Below, piece after piece: positions 25,097 to 38,250 of a stretch of DNA of 63,146 nt. This DNA comes from Chiloscyllium plagiosum. Its lineage: Eukaryota. Under the pieces are notes generated by a model. The model did not search any database and was not told the origin of the DNA. It was given only the letters and a program-made list of their open reading frames with translations. The position numbers were made by a program, and so were the translations under genes. Where the stretch lies: positions 11,715,880 through 11,779,025 of the forward strand of contig NC_057749.1 of assembly GCF_004010195.1 (NCBI RefSeq), read 5' to 3'. How positions within the stretch are numbered: the first letter of the stretch is position 1; each line of letters opens with the position of its first letter.

Positions 25097-25805
25097 TTGG
25101 CTCAATCAGTGACATCCTCCACACGAGACAGAATCAGTTCCAGCCCCAATCCAGAAAATAGGAGTGAAAAACCAGACTAACACTTCATTGCAGCACTGAG
25201 GAGGTGCGACACTGTTGAAGGATCAGTACTGAGGAAGCACTCCACAGACAGAGTCAGTTGTGAGGGAGAACTGCACCATTGAAGGTGCAGCAGTGAGGAA
25301 GCAATGCACTAATGGAGGGGCAGTAGTGAGGGTGGATTGCACTATTGGGAGGTGCAGTAGTGAGAAAGTATTGCTAATTTGAAGGGACAGTAATAAGAGA
25401 TGTGAACTATTAGAGGGCAATAATAAGGGAGTGCCATTATATTGGAAGGACAGAAGTGAGGCAGAAGAATACTGTTGGAGGGGCAGTCGTGAGGGAGTAG
25501 TGTCAAATGCCTTTCCAATGAAACATTAAATTGGGGTTCTATTTGCTCTCCCAGGGAAATCTAATAGTTCTCATGTCATTATATGAAGGAGACGAATACA
25601 TTTTTCCTCATGTCTCAGACCAGTATTTATCCCTAAAATAACTCCTTAAAACACTTTACTTTTCACACTGCTCTTTGTGGGATCTTGTTGTATTCAGATT
25701 TCTGGCTGGCTTTATCTTACTTCCTGGACTACATTTCAAAATGCTTTACTGACTGTTTTGGGACATCCTGAGGTCCTGAAAGGCATTACGGAAATACAAA
25801 GCTTT
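25097..25805 (+). mobile_element. SacSINE1/DeuSINE-like SINE with internally expanded ~33-bp array (25190-25500)
   Basis: Deu-type motifs TATTTATCCCT, TGCTCTTTGTGGGATCTTG, TTTGGGACATCCTGAGGTCCTGAAAGGC. Confidence 0.7.
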
Positions 25806-26126
25806 TCCTCTGGTTAATTAAGCCTTGGTTCAAAGGTATTTTTGTGCTTCAGGTTTCTATAGTCACTGCCTGTCACTAGGAGCTGGAGTCCTGCAGCCCA
25901 GCTCTGCCCAATCATTTTACTGACAAACTACAATCTGGAATCAGCAGTGAGGATTGTGGCTGCTTCAAACTATCACTCAGAAATGACAAGCTGTGTGGTC
26001 AGGCATTCTCCTCTTGCTCTCCATTTCACCCTACCCAACATACACTCACTACACACACAAAGACACACACATATGCATACATCAGTTTGCTGGGCTAGGG
26101 TCTGCATCTCCCACACATACTGTTAC

Positions 26127-26213
26127 CTGTGAATCCGCATTCAGAACTTTAATCCTCTGTGTGGAAATGAAGAGATCGACTTCTGTCATTGGCTGTGAAT
26201 CTCCATCAGAACC
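26127..26213 (-). CDS. APBA2: APBA2 coding exon 6 ([29 protein letters not shown])
   Basis: 87 nt, cag/gtaaca. Confidence 0.96.
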
Positions 26214-26461
26214 CTGGGAGGAAGAAATTGACAGGGTCATTGATAAAGCCCATTTGGAAATCCAGGTCAGTACACTGGCTGACAGTGTTGCAGTACTGGT
26301 TAAACGTTACTGCTGGATTTCATATTGTGTCCACTGAAATATCATGTCACCCATCATCACACTGCAGGGCTCCCTGTCCAAATAAATTAATACACGTGGA
26401 TCAAATAATCAAAGACACAAGATTGCTGTTACAGGGGCAAGCCTGCAAGCGAACTACTCAC

Positions 26462-26497
26462 CCCTTTCTTCTTGATCTTTGATGTTTTCTGTACCCT
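26462..26497 (-). CDS. APBA2: APBA2 coding exon 5, 36-nt alternative microexon (RVQKTSKIKKKG)
   Basis: cactcag acceptor, gtgagt donor, phase 0-0; corresponds to recalled human RMQKAAKIKKKA insert. Confidence 0.9.
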
Positions 26498-26882
26498 CTG
26501 AGTGGCAACAAAGTATGAAAAGAAAATGAAGTTAGATACTGGAGATGACAGAAGAGATACTGGCACACAATACATCTCTGGTCACTTAAACTCATTAGGG
26601 CTGGGGTGGGAGGAGGGACAGAGATAGGAGGAGGAAAGGGGGATGCAATTCCGGAGTCCTAAGTACAGACCACCCCACAACCTCATACATAGATGAATTG
26701 CTGCACCCACACACAAGGGTATGGCTGTATCCACTGAAGTTTAGGAAAATGAAGTGTGACTGGATTAAAATATCTCCAGGGATCCTGGAGCTGGATGAAA
26801 TTTGAATCATTCGGGAGGCTGAGATGGTTACTGAGAGGAGTTACAGGGAGGTAATCACACCTCAGGTACAAGATGGGTTACA

Positions 26883-27025
26883 AATTAGAGTGGTGCTGGA
26901 AAAGCACAACAGGTCAGGCAGCATCCGAGGAGCCGGAAAATCAACGTTTCGGGCAGGAGCCCTTCCTGATGCACCACTCTAATCTTGACTCTAATCTCCA
27001 GCATCTGCAGTCCTCATTTCCATCT
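26883..27025. mobile_element. Short inverted PLE pLTR derivative with 12-bp TSD
   Basis: Perfect TSD AGATGGGTTACA (26871-26882 / 27026-27037); ATTAGAGTGGTGC versus GCACCACTCTAAT. Confidence 0.8.
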
Positions 27026-27790
27026 AGATGGGTTACAGTCAGAGGACTGAAAGGGAACCGTCAGGCTGTGCAAGGAACCCCTGTGGCCGTTCCCCTCAAC
27101 AAGTATACCAATTTGGATGCTGTTGGGGGGAACAACTTACCAGGGGTAAGCCATGGGGCACAGGTCTCTGGCAGAGAGCCTGTTTCTGTTGCTCAGAAGA
27201 GAAAGGGGAGAGGAGCAGAGCATTAGTCATTGGGGACTCCATAGTTAGGGAGACAGATACGAGGTTCTGTAGGAACGAGAGAGACTCATGGTTGCCAGGG
27301 CTTGTCTTGTCTCAGATCATGGTTTTGGGAGCTTAAGGGGGGAGGGGGAGCAGACCGAAGTTGTGGTCCACATAGGCACCAACAACATAGGTAGGAAAAG
27401 GGATGGGGATTTAAGGCAGAAATTCAAGGAGCCTGGGTGGAAGCTTAGAGCTAGAACAAATAGAGTTGTTATCTCAGTTTTGTTACCTATGCCACTTGCT
27501 AGCGAAGTAAGGAATAGAGAGAGAGAGGAGTTGGACACGTGGCTACAGGGAAGGTGCAGGGGACAGAGATTCAGATACCTGGATATTCTGAGCTAGGTGG
27601 GCCCTCTACAAACAGGATGGTCTACACCTGAACCAGAGAGGTACCAATACCCTGGGGGAAGTGTGTGGAAATTTGCTAATGTTCTTCGGGAGGGTTTAAA
27701 CTAATTCAGCAAGGAGGTGGGAAGCTAAATTGTAGCTCCAGTGCCCAGGAGGTTGAGAGTAGTGAGGTTTCAAGGTTGCATATGTGCATT

Positions 27791-27883
27791 CCTGAAGAAG
27801 GGCTTATGCCCAAAACGTCGATTCTCCTGTTCCCTGGATGCTGCCTGACCTGCTGCGCTTTTCCAGCAACACATTTCCAGCTC
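27791..27883 (+). mobile_element. 93-bp PLE pLTR insert starting at the hammerhead core, 14-bp TSD
   Basis: TSD TGCATATGTGCATT (27777-27790) / TGCATAAGTGCATT (27884-27897); matches 22049-22141. Confidence 0.8.
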
Positions 27884-30614
27884 TGCATAAGTGCATTGGC
27901 AAGCAGGAAGGTGGTTTGAAGTCTGCCTACTTCAACGCCAGGAGCATCCGGAATAAGGTGGGTCAACTTGCAGCATAGGTTGGTACCTGAGATTTCGATG
28001 TTGTAGCCATTTTGGAGACATGGATAGAGCAGAGACAGGAATGGTTGTTGCAGGTTCCAGGGTTTAGATGTTTTAATAAGAACAGGGAAAGTGGTAAAAG
28101 AGGGGGAGGTGTAGCCTTATTAGTCAAGGAATGTATTACGGTAGCAGAAAGGATGTTTGAGGACTCATCTACTGTAGTATGGACCAAGGTTAGAAACAGG
28201 AAAGGAGAGGTCACCCTGTTGGGAGTTTTCTATAGGCCTCCGAATAGTTCCAGCGATGTCAAGGAAAGGATTGCAAAGATGATTCTGGATAGGAGCGAGA
28301 GTAACAGCATAGTTGTTTTGCGTTACTTTAACTTTCCAAATATTGACTGGAAATACTATAGTTTAAGTACTTTAGATGGGTCAGTTTTTGTCCATATGTG
28401 TAGGAGGGTTTCCTAACACAGTATGTAGAGAGGCCAACAAGGGGCGAAGCCACATTGGATTTGGTACTGGATAATGATCCCAGCCAGGTGTTAGATTTGG
28501 AGGTAGGTGAGCACTTTGGTGGTGGTGATGTTTACTTTAGAGTATATACCGCAGGGCAAGAGTTATAGCTGGGGAAAAGGCAATTATGATGTGATTAGGC
28601 AAGATTTAGGATGCTTATGATGAGGAAAGAAAGTGCAGGGGATGGGCACAATTGAAACGTGGAACTTATTCAAGGAACAGCTACTGCGTGTCCTTGATAA
28701 ATGTGTTCCTGTCAGGCAGGGAGTAAGTGGTCGAGCGAGGGAGCCGTGGTTTACTAAAAAAGTCGTATCTATTGTCAAGAGGAAGAAGGTGGCCTATGTA
28801 AGGATGAAACGTAAAAGCTCAGTTCAGGCACTTGAGAGTTACAAGTAGCCAGGAAAGACCTAAAGAGAGAACTAAGAGCCAGGAAGCGACATGAGAAGTC
28901 ATTGGCAGGTAGGATCATGGAAAATCTTAAAGCTTTTTATAGGTATATCAGGAATAAAAGAATGACTAGAGTAAGATTAAGGCCAATCAAGGATAGTAAT
29001 GGGAAGTTGTGCGTGGAGTCCGAGGAGATAGGAGAAGCGCTAAATGAATATTTTTCATTGGTATTCACACAGGAAAACGTCAACGCTGTCGAGGAAAATA
29101 CTGAGATACAGGCTACTAGACGGGATGGGATTGAGGTTCACAAGGAGGACGTTTCAGCAATTCTGGAAAGTGTGAAAATAGCTAAGTCCCCTGGGCCAGA
29201 TGCAATTTATCCTAGGATTCTCTGGGAAGCCAGAGAGGAGATTGCAGAGCCTTTGGCTTTGATCTTTATGTCGTCATTGTCAACAGGAATAGTGCCAGAA
29301 TACTGGAGGGTAGCAAATGTTGTTCCCTTGTTCAAGAAGGGGAGTAGAGACAACTCTGGTAATTATGGACCAGTGAGTCTTACTTCGGTTGTGGGTAAAG
29401 TGTTGGGAAGGGTTACGAGAGGTCAGATTTATAATCATCTAGAAAGGTATAAGAGTTGATTAGGGACAGTCAACACGGTTTTGGGAAGGGTAGGTCATGC
29501 CTCACAAATCTTATTGAGTTCTTTGAGAAGGTGACCAAACAGGTGGATGAGGTTATAGCAGTTGATCTGCTGTATATGGATTTAGTAAGGCACTTGATAA
29601 GGTTCCCCACGGTAGGCTATTGCAGAAAATACAGAGATGGGATTGAGGGTGATTTGACGATTTGGATCAAAACTTGGCCAGCTGACAGAGGATGGTGGTG
29701 ATGGGAAATGTTCATCCTGGAGTTCAGTTACTAGTGGTGTACCTCAAGGATCTGATTTGGGCCCACTGCTGTTTGTCATTTTTATAAATGACCTGGATGA
29801 GGGCATAGAAGAATGGGTTAGTAAATTTGCAGATGACATTAAAGTTGGTGGAGTTATGGATAGTGCCGAAGGATTTTGCAGGTTACGGAGGGACATAGAT
29901 AAGGTGCAGAGCTATGCTGAGAGGTGGCAAATGGAGTTTAATGCAGAAAGCTGTGAATTGATTTACTTTGAAATACAGAGTACCTGGGCTAATGGTAAGA
30001 TTCTTGGTAATGTAGATCAGCAGAGAGATCTCGGTGTCCATATACATAGATCCCTGAAAGTTGCCACCCAGGTCGATACGGTTGTTAAGAAGGCATACGG
30101 TGTTAGCTTTTATTGGTAGAGGGATTGAGTTTCGGAGCTTTGAGGTCATGTTGCAGCTGTAAAAAACTCTGGTGTGGCTGCTCTTGGAGTATTGCATACT
30201 GTTCTGGTTGCCACATTATAGGAAGGATGTGGAAGCTTTGGAAAGGGTTCAGAGGAGATTTACTAGGATGTTGCCTGGTATGGAGGGAAGGTCTTATGAG
30301 TAAAGGTGAAGGGACTTGAGGCTGTTTTCACGAGAGAGAAGAAGGTTGAGAGGTGATTTAATTAAGACATATAAGATAATTAGAGGACTAGGTAGGGTGG
30401 ACAGTGAGAGCCTTTTCCCTCAGATAGTGATGACTAGCATGAGGGACATAGGTTTAAATTGAGGGGTGATAGATATGGGACAGATGTCAAAGGTAGTTTC
30501 TTCACTCAGAGTAGTAGGCGCATGGAACACCCTGCCTGCAACAGTAGTAGATTCACCAACTTTAAGGGCATTTAAATGGTCATTGGATAAACATATGGAT
30601 GAAAATAGAATAGT

Positions 30615-30830
30615 AGGAGAAAGTGAGGACTGCAGATGCTGGAGATCAGAGTCGAGAGTGTGTTGCTGGGAAAACACAGCAGGTCAGGCAGCATTTGAAG
30701 AGCAGGAGAATCGAGGTTTTGGGCATAAGCCCTTCACCAGGCATGATTCCTGAATGCCCAAAACTTCAATTCTCTGCTCCTCAGATGCTACCTGATCTCC
30801 TGTGCTTTCGCAGCAACACACACTGAAACT
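30615..30830. mobile_element. Inverted PLE pLTR derivative inside CR1 3' end
   Basis: TGTGTTGCTGGGAAAACACAGC versus TGTGCTTTCGCAGCAACACA arms. Confidence 0.75.
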
Positions 30831-31449
30831 GGAATAGTGTAGGTCAGATTGGTTTCACAGGTCAGTGCAACATCGAGGGCCAAAGGGGATATACTGCACT
30901 CTAATGTTCTTTGTTTCCTCTTGTGCAAGAATCTAGAAATCTGGGTCACCCATTTAAAATACAGATAAGGAGAATTTTATTTCCCACAGAGCATCATGAC
31001 TCTTTGGAACTCTCTTCCTGAAAAGTAGTAGTAGAGTCTTTGAACATCTTTAAGGCAGGTTAAGGTGGGAGGTGGTGGTGGTGGAGGGGGGGGGGGTTGG
31101 TGAGGTCGTTGGAGTTGTCAGGAGTAATCAGATGAGCTACAGTCTTATTGAATGGGAGAGCAGGCTCCAGGGGCGGAATAGTCTATTCTCTTATTCCTAT
31201 ATTTGTATATTTGTATATATTATATATATATTATATACATATATATAGCCATTACTCAACAACAGAGGGTAGACTTAATGCCCTCTGTCAGTGAGGCTGA
31301 ACAAGAATTAGTTATGGGTTCTTGTGCAGTTCCTTTGTTATTTTAAGATATATCAGTTTGTTTGTAAAATAATATTCACACAGGTCCAGAGCTGGTCTTA
31401 TCTCATATGGTCTGAGGGTGACTGAGGCCAAATGGAATAAGGCACCAGG

Positions 31450-33497
31450 TGATAGAGTAATACAGCATGGAAACAGGCCCTTCAGCCCAAACTGGTCCAT
31501 GCTGACCATGGTGCCCACTCAGCTAGTTCCAATTACCCGCATTTATACAGTCATAGAGATGAACAGCACAGAAACAGACCCTTCGGTGCATGCCAAACAG
31601 GTATCCTAACCTAATCAAGTCCCATTTGCCAGCACTTGGCCCATATCCGACTAAACCCTTCCTATTCATATAACCATCCAGATGCCTCTTAAATGCTGCA
31701 ACTGTACCAGCCTCCACCACTTCCTCTGACAGCTCATTCCATACATGTATCATCCTCTGCATGAAGAAGTTGCCCCTTACATCTCTTTTATATCTTTCCC
31801 CTCTCACCCTAAACCTATGGCGTCTAGTTCTGGACTCCCCCACCCCAGGAAAAAGACTTTGTCTATTTATCCTATCCATGCCACTCATGATTTTATAAAC
31901 CTCTATAAGGTCACCCCTCAGCCTCCGATGCTCCAGGGAAAACAGCCCCAGCCTATTCAGCCTCTCCCTGTAGCTCAAATCCTCCAAACTGGCAATATCC
32001 TAGTAAATCTTTTCTGAATACTTTCAAGTTTTGCAATATCCTTCCGATAGGAAGGAACCCAGAATTGCACACAGTATCCCAAAAGTGGCCGAAGCAACTT
32101 TGGTCCAAACCCTCTAAACCTTTCCCATCCATGTACCTATCCAAATTGTTTTTAAATGTTGCTATTGTATCTTCCTCAACCACTTTCTCTGCAAGCCCAT
32201 TGCATATTTGTACCACTCTCTGCGTGAAGATGTTTCCCGTCAGGTCCTTCTTAAATCTTTCCTCTCTCACTTTAAACCTATGCCCTCTAATTTTCAATTC
32301 CCCATACCTGGGAAAAAGATTATATGCATTTACCCTACCTATGCTCCGCATGATTTTATACACTCAATAAGGTCACCCCTCATTCTCCTACATTCCAAGG
32401 AATAAAGTCCTATCCTGGCCAACCTCTCCCTACAACTCAGGCCTACTTGTCCTGGCAACATCCTCATAAATCTTCTTTGCTCTTTTTCCAGTTTAACTAT
32501 GTCTTTCCTATAATAGAGTGACCAAAACTGTACACAATACTCCAAGTGCGGCCTCACCAACGACTTACACAACTGTAACATAACGTCCCAATTCATATAC
32601 CCAATGCCTTGATTGATTAAAGCCAGCATGCTAAATGTATTCTTCACCACCCTGTCTACCTATGACGCCATTTTCCTAGGCCCCTGTGTTCCATAATACT
32701 CTTCAGGACCTTACCATTTACTGCATAAACTACCTTGGTTTGACTTTCCAAAGTGCAAAACCTCACATTTATCTGTATTGAATTGCATTTGCCAAACCTC
32801 AGCCCATTTACCCATCTGATCAAGATCCCTCTGTAATGTTTGATAACCTTCCTTGCAATCAACAATACCTCCTAATTTTCTATCATTTGCAAACTTACTA
32901 ATCATGCCTTGTGCATTCACACTCACATTATTTATGTAAATAACAAATAACAAAGGTCCCAGCACCAACCCTTGTGACACACCACTAGTCACAGGCCTCC
33001 AGTCTGAGAAAGAACCTTCAAACATCACACTCTGCATCCCACCATCTAGCCAATTTTAAATCCAGTTAGCTAGTTCTCCTTAGATCCCACGCAACCTAAT
33101 CTTCATAACTAGCCTGCTGTGTGGGACCTTATCAAAGGCCTTCCTAAAGTATATATAGACGACATCCACTGTCCTACCCTCATCTATTCTCTTGGTTACC
33201 TCTTTGAAACACTCTAAAAGATTTGACAGATATGACTTCTCGCGCACAAATCCATACTAACTATCCCTAATCAGACTTGGACTATCCAAAGGTTTTAGAT
33301 TAGATTAGATTCCCTACAGTATGGAAACAGGCCCTTCGGCCAAACAAGTCCACACTGACCCTCCAGAGATGTTGGTTGACCCTACCCCTCAGCATCCTCT
33401 CCAACAACTTGTTTAGCACTAACAGCAGGCTCGCTGGCATGTGGTTCCCAGGCTTGTCTTTACTACTTTTCTGAAACAATGGAACAACATTAGCCAT
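31450..33497 (-). mobile_element. Stacked CR1 3'/RT fragments (at least two elements)
   Basis: Two separate RT C-termini (LFSLEHRRLRGDLIEVYK; LYSLECRRMRGDLIE) and ISKFAND. Confidence 0.88.
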
Positions 33498-34008
33498 TAG
33501 GTGTAGTCTAGGTAGCTGTGGGAGTCGGTTGGTTTATAGTAAATGTCCGAGTTGATTCGGTCGCCCGTGATAGAAATGGAGAGGTCTAGAAAGGGGAGGG
33601 AGGAGTCTGAGACGGTCCGAGCGCCTCATCTTCCGCCTAGGAACCCTCCAACCACAAGGGATGAACTCAGACTTCTCCAGTTTCCGCATTTCCCGTCCCC
33701 CCACCTTGTCTCAGTCCCAACTCTCGAACTCAGCACCACCATCCTAACCTGCAATCTTCTTCCTGACCTCTCCGTCCCCACCCCCACTCCGGCCTATCAC
33801 CCTCACCTTATCACCCTCACCTTAACCTCCTTCCACCTATCGCATTTCCAACGCCCCTCCCCCAAGTCCCTCCTCCCTACCTTTTATCTTAGCCTGCTTG
33901 GCACACTTTCCTCATTCCTGAAGAAGGGCTCATGCCCGAAACGTTGATTCTACTGCTCCTTGGATGCTGCCTGACCTGCTGCGCTTTTCCAGCAACACAT
34001 TTTCAGCT
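33498..34008. mobile_element. Neptune-type PLE fragment with 5' inversion; hammerhead 33918-33945
   Basis: 33498-33618 is the reverse complement of ~21122-21240; 33619-34008 matches 21766-22140. Confidence 0.85.
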
Positions 34009-35069
34009 TAAACCTAAGAGAGTTTGGACCTAAAGTGTTCTCCAACTGACACTTCAGTCACTTGCCCGACTTCATTTCTAAACTGTTGCACCCGCCCAAG
34101 TAGGGTTCTCTACATATTGGTTTAGGAAACGTTCTTGGACAAATCGGACCAATTCCACCCGGTTGGGCCTTTTAAACTCTGGGTGGTCCAGTCAATTCCG
34201 GGGAAAATTAAAAACCAATACTACACTATTATTCTACTGGTAACTGCAATCTCTCTACACATCTGCTCCTCTAGTACCAAATGGCTATTAGTCCCAACAA
34301 AGTGACCATCCCCTTCTTGTTTCTAGTTCTAACCATATAGCCTCATTTGAATACCCTTTAAGAATATCCTCTCGAAGCACTATTGTTATGTCCTCCCTTA
34401 TCTAAAGGCCAACTGCCCCATCTCACTTACTTGTCCCTCTGTCGCGCCTGTAGCTTTTGTATCCTGGCAACATCCAAGGAGCAGCGAAATCGACATTTCG
34501 GGCAAAAGCCCTTCGTCAGGAATAAAAACCTAGTTTTTACCTCATTTTTACCTCATCTGCCTTACCAATCAGGCCTCGTGTGTTGAAATAAATGCACTTT
34601 AAACCTTATCACTCCCTTCACTGTGGATATATTAATGAAGGGCTAATTGGGTGTAAATTATGGGTCTCTCTTGTAGTGTAAAAGTAGTGTACCTACCGCA
34701 GGTTCAAGTCCACCGGTTCCAGAGGTATGTAATAACATCTCTGAATGGGATGGTTAGAAAAACAGGTTAAATTAAGAAAAAGGATGTGAATTGGTTGTAT
34801 AAGTAGGTGGAGCTAGTAATCAGCTGCTTTTGTGGCACAGTGGTAGTGGCCCTATATCTGGGCCAGAAGGGCTGATGTCAAGTTCTACCTGCACCAGAGA
34901 TGTGTCATTATGTTCAGGTTGATTAAAATATCTAAAAGTTGGACTTGAATTTTTGTGTAAACAGAGTTACTTTTTTTGGAGTATAACAAAAGCTACACCT
35001 ACAGAATGCCAGAGTTTGAACTGTAGATAGTTGAGATGAAGATGAAACAAGCAGAGTTAAGCAAGATAC

Positions 35070-35215
35070 CTTGATGCGTCCCACAGCCTCCTGGGCTTGC
35101 ATCATGCGGATGTTTTTGGAGGGGTTCCGCTCAGATAGCAGCTGTGTGGAGCCTAGGTAATTGGCTGCAAAAATGATCCCATCAATCAGATCCTCAGGCT
35201 CACAGGGTCCTGGAA
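35070..35215 (-). CDS. APBA2: APBA2 coding exon 4 ([23 protein letters not shown]...EAVGRIK)
   Basis: 146 nt, phase 1-0, start of PTB domain. Confidence 0.97.
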
Positions 35216-35997
35216 CTTCAGAAATAGCACAGAATCAGAGCTCATGAAGTAGTCAAATGATTTTAAGGGATATGGGGATAATGCAGGAATATCTCATTAA
35301 GGTGGATGATCGAGAATGGGGGAGCAGGCTTAATGGACTCATGTTTTTAAGCCCCTCCCCTCAGTAACAAGTACAGCAAGTGCTTCAATCTCAAGGAGAC
35401 ACCTCATCAAATGAAAATATTAAACCTTATCAAAAATGCAAGAAAGGTTTCAGTGGTAATTGCAGCATCGGCCATGGGTGTGAAACAGGTTGGGCTATTG
35501 GTGCTGAGCTATTCTGTATAAGCCACAGCCTCTGATATATCAAAGATTTATTTATTTTACCTTCTACATCTCTCATTTTACTCACAGGCAGCTCAAGACA
35601 ACAGAGGATTTGATAAAATAATCGGCACAAAAATAGTACATTCAAGCTTATGTCAGTGTTTATGCCCTACCCTAGCCCCTTTGCTCATCTAAATCTGCCG
35701 TCTTTAACTACTTAACCATTTCTCCCTCTGGGGATGTGATCTTGGTGATACAAATGGGAGTGGATTAGAATAACACCAAATTAAGCAAAATTTGGAACAT
35801 CTTATCACACACCAGAGGCAGATCCATTAATTATTCAGACCATGTGCTGATGGTCTACTCTATACTACAGACAATGAAGAATATTTCCAGAACTGTTTCT
35901 ACTGCACCGAATGACCCTTTACAACAAGGGGCTCCATTCCAGCCTGCCTCTGCTTGTCTAAATCATTTCCATCTGCAAATACTTGACAAGCACTCAC

Positions 35998-36037
35998 CAT
36001 CCACAAAGTTGGGAAAAGCCGATGGCTTCCTTGTTTG
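35998..36037 (-). CDS. APBA2: APBA2 coding exon 3 (QTRKPSAFPNFVD)
   Basis: 40 nt, tttctcttttag/gtgagt, phase 0-1; resembles human TKKVASFPSFVA. Confidence 0.9.
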
Positions 36038-36649
36038 CTAAAAGAGAAACCAGATATTAGCATAGTGCCACACTAACTAAATATTAACCAATGATATCTC
36101 AAGGTGCATCACGCTCTGAGTGAACACGCGCAACATAATCTGAAATTGAATTCATTCCCTGTAATAAGGTGACCAAGAGAACACATCCAGTCAACTCACC
36201 ATTGAGTTACTTACACAGATGGATCATCAGATAGACAATGGTCAAATAAACAGTCAACAAAGACATACACCAACTCTCTCACTTGAGTATGGACACTGCA
36301 TGTTTGAAGCCTCACTAAAATTGCCAATCTTCATATCTGACTGAAAATGGTAAGTGTCAGAAGGACATTAAAAATCAGACAACCATTCCAGTCATGCCTG
36401 ACAGCTTTGCATATTTCAGAGGAGTCACTGGAAATCAGTTAGGTACATTCCTGCCTCATTTTTGCCTCCCTTATTCTGTGACTGAAACAACTGCAACAGC
36501 CTGAAGGCCAGCCCTCTCCCTACATCTTTCAGCTGACTCTGTTTATGCTGCAGGACTTGAGCTGGGATCTTCACAGAATGCTACAATAAATGGTTCATAA
36601 ATGGTCATTGATTAAAGAATGAAAATCACAGAAAAGCAGTAAAACTGAC

Positions 36650-36730
36650 CTCAGAGAGATAGTTATTATTGACCGGGCCATTGAGGTCAGAGCGTTGCTG
36701 TTTCCGCGGCTGCTCTGTGTCAGAAGTAGC
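36650..36730 (-). CDS. APBA2: APBA2 coding exon 2 (ATSDTEQPRKQQRSDLNGPVNNNYLSE)
   Basis: 81 nt, cag/gtcagt; EQPRKQQRSDLNGPV is characteristic of APBA2. Confidence 0.95.
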
Positions 36731-36983
36731 CTGTCACCAAACAGAGAAATAACACGGAGTTACACCTAATTTTCCATACATTTCCTTTTATCTAGCGTAC
36801 CCATCACCCATCAATCTGTGTGCCCACATTTTAAGCAATCTCTATCCATAGCCTTAGATTGATTTGTCTTTTATCCAATCATTTGTCTCTTTCTCTGTCT
36901 CTATTTTTTGTCTGATCATCCATCCATCTACCTTTCCAGCTATTTGTCATCCAAATGACAATATAGTTACTTATCTATATATT

Positions 36984-37325
36984 TAGATACAGAGTAAAGC
37001 TCCTTCTATGTCCCCATCAAGCACTCCCAGTACTAGGAAAGCACACTGGTTAGATACAGATTAAAACTCCCTCTACTGTTTTAAACTAAAAGTAAACTCC
37101 CTTTACTCTTTTAAACAAAACGTAAAGCACTCTCTGCTTTTTAAACTGAAAGTAAAATTCCTTCTACACTGTTCCCATCAAACATTCCCACGATGAGTAC
37201 AGCATGGGGTTAGATACAGAGTAAAACTTCTTTTAATCTCTTAAACAGAAAGTAAAGTTCTCTCTACGCTGTTCCCAGGCCAGGTACATCACAGGGTTAG
37301 ATGTAGAGTAAAGCTCTCTTTACAA
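36984..37325 (+). repeat. Composite minisatellite cluster 3
   Basis: Same units as 5365-5850. Confidence 0.85.
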
Positions 37326-37779
37326 TTTTACATCTATGTTGCTCCCCTGCTAACGTGAGAAATATGCCTGAACTAAGTCAGCAGTTCCTATGACCTGCTT
37401 TGTTCAGTGTTGTTGTTTGTAACAACCTTGTGGTGAAATCAAAACCTCTAAGTCAGATCTAAGCCTCTCCTCTTAGTTTTGGGTAAGAACTGCTAAAATA
37501 TAGGTTAGAGATGGGACATCAATGAGAGTGCTGAGACCAGAAAGGGATGCATTTCTATTAGCTTTTGTAGGAAATTAATTGCAATGAACTATCTTGTTCA
37601 ATTGTGTCCAACAGGAGTTTTGAGATAGCTTGGGAGCATCACCTAACATGAAGGAGAACACTGCCTACTACAATCACAGGAGAGCGTAGTAATTGAAACA
37701 GCAGCAACAGACCAAGAATTTCAGCTGTCAACTGGATGACAGTACATGCAACAGATTGTCCTTTAGTGTCAGCTATACT

Positions 37780-38250
37780 GGAACGTTCCAGAGGAGGTTC
37801 ACGAGAATGATCTGAGGAATGAAAGACTTAACATATGAGAAATGTTTGAGGACTCTGGGATTATACTCGATGGAGTTTACTAGGATGAGGGGGGATCTGA
37901 TTGAAACTTACAGAATACTGAACAGGTTGGACAGAGTGGAAGACATTTCCATTGGCAGGAGAGACAAGGACCCAAGGGCACAGTTTAAGAGTAAAGGGAT
38001 GGCCCTTTAGAATGGAAACAATGAAAAATTTCTTTACGCAGAGACTGTGAATCTGTGGAGTTAATTGCTGTAAAAGCTGTGGAGGCCATGTCATTGAGTA
38101 TATTTAAAACAGATATAGTTAAGTTCTTGATTGCCAAAGGGGATCAAAGGCAGAAAGCAGGAAAATGGGGTCGAAAAATCTATCAGCCATGATTGAATGG
38201 TGGAGCAGACTCGATAGGCCTAATTTCTGCTCCTATGTCTTTTATCTTAT
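37780..38250 (+). mobile_element. CR1 3' end fragment
   Basis: LGLYSMEFTRMRGDLIETYRIL. Confidence 0.8.

Larger units (their letters stand above)
26785..30915 (+). mobile_element. Near full-length CR1 LINE (ORF1 SGNH esterase, ORF2 APE endonuclease + RT), inactivated; three PLE inserts
   Basis: ALVIGDSIVR, VVVHIGTNNIGR (esterase); GGGVALLVKE, GVFYRPP (APE); KSPGPDAIYPRIL, SKFADD (RT); many stops and frameshifts. Confidence 0.92.
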
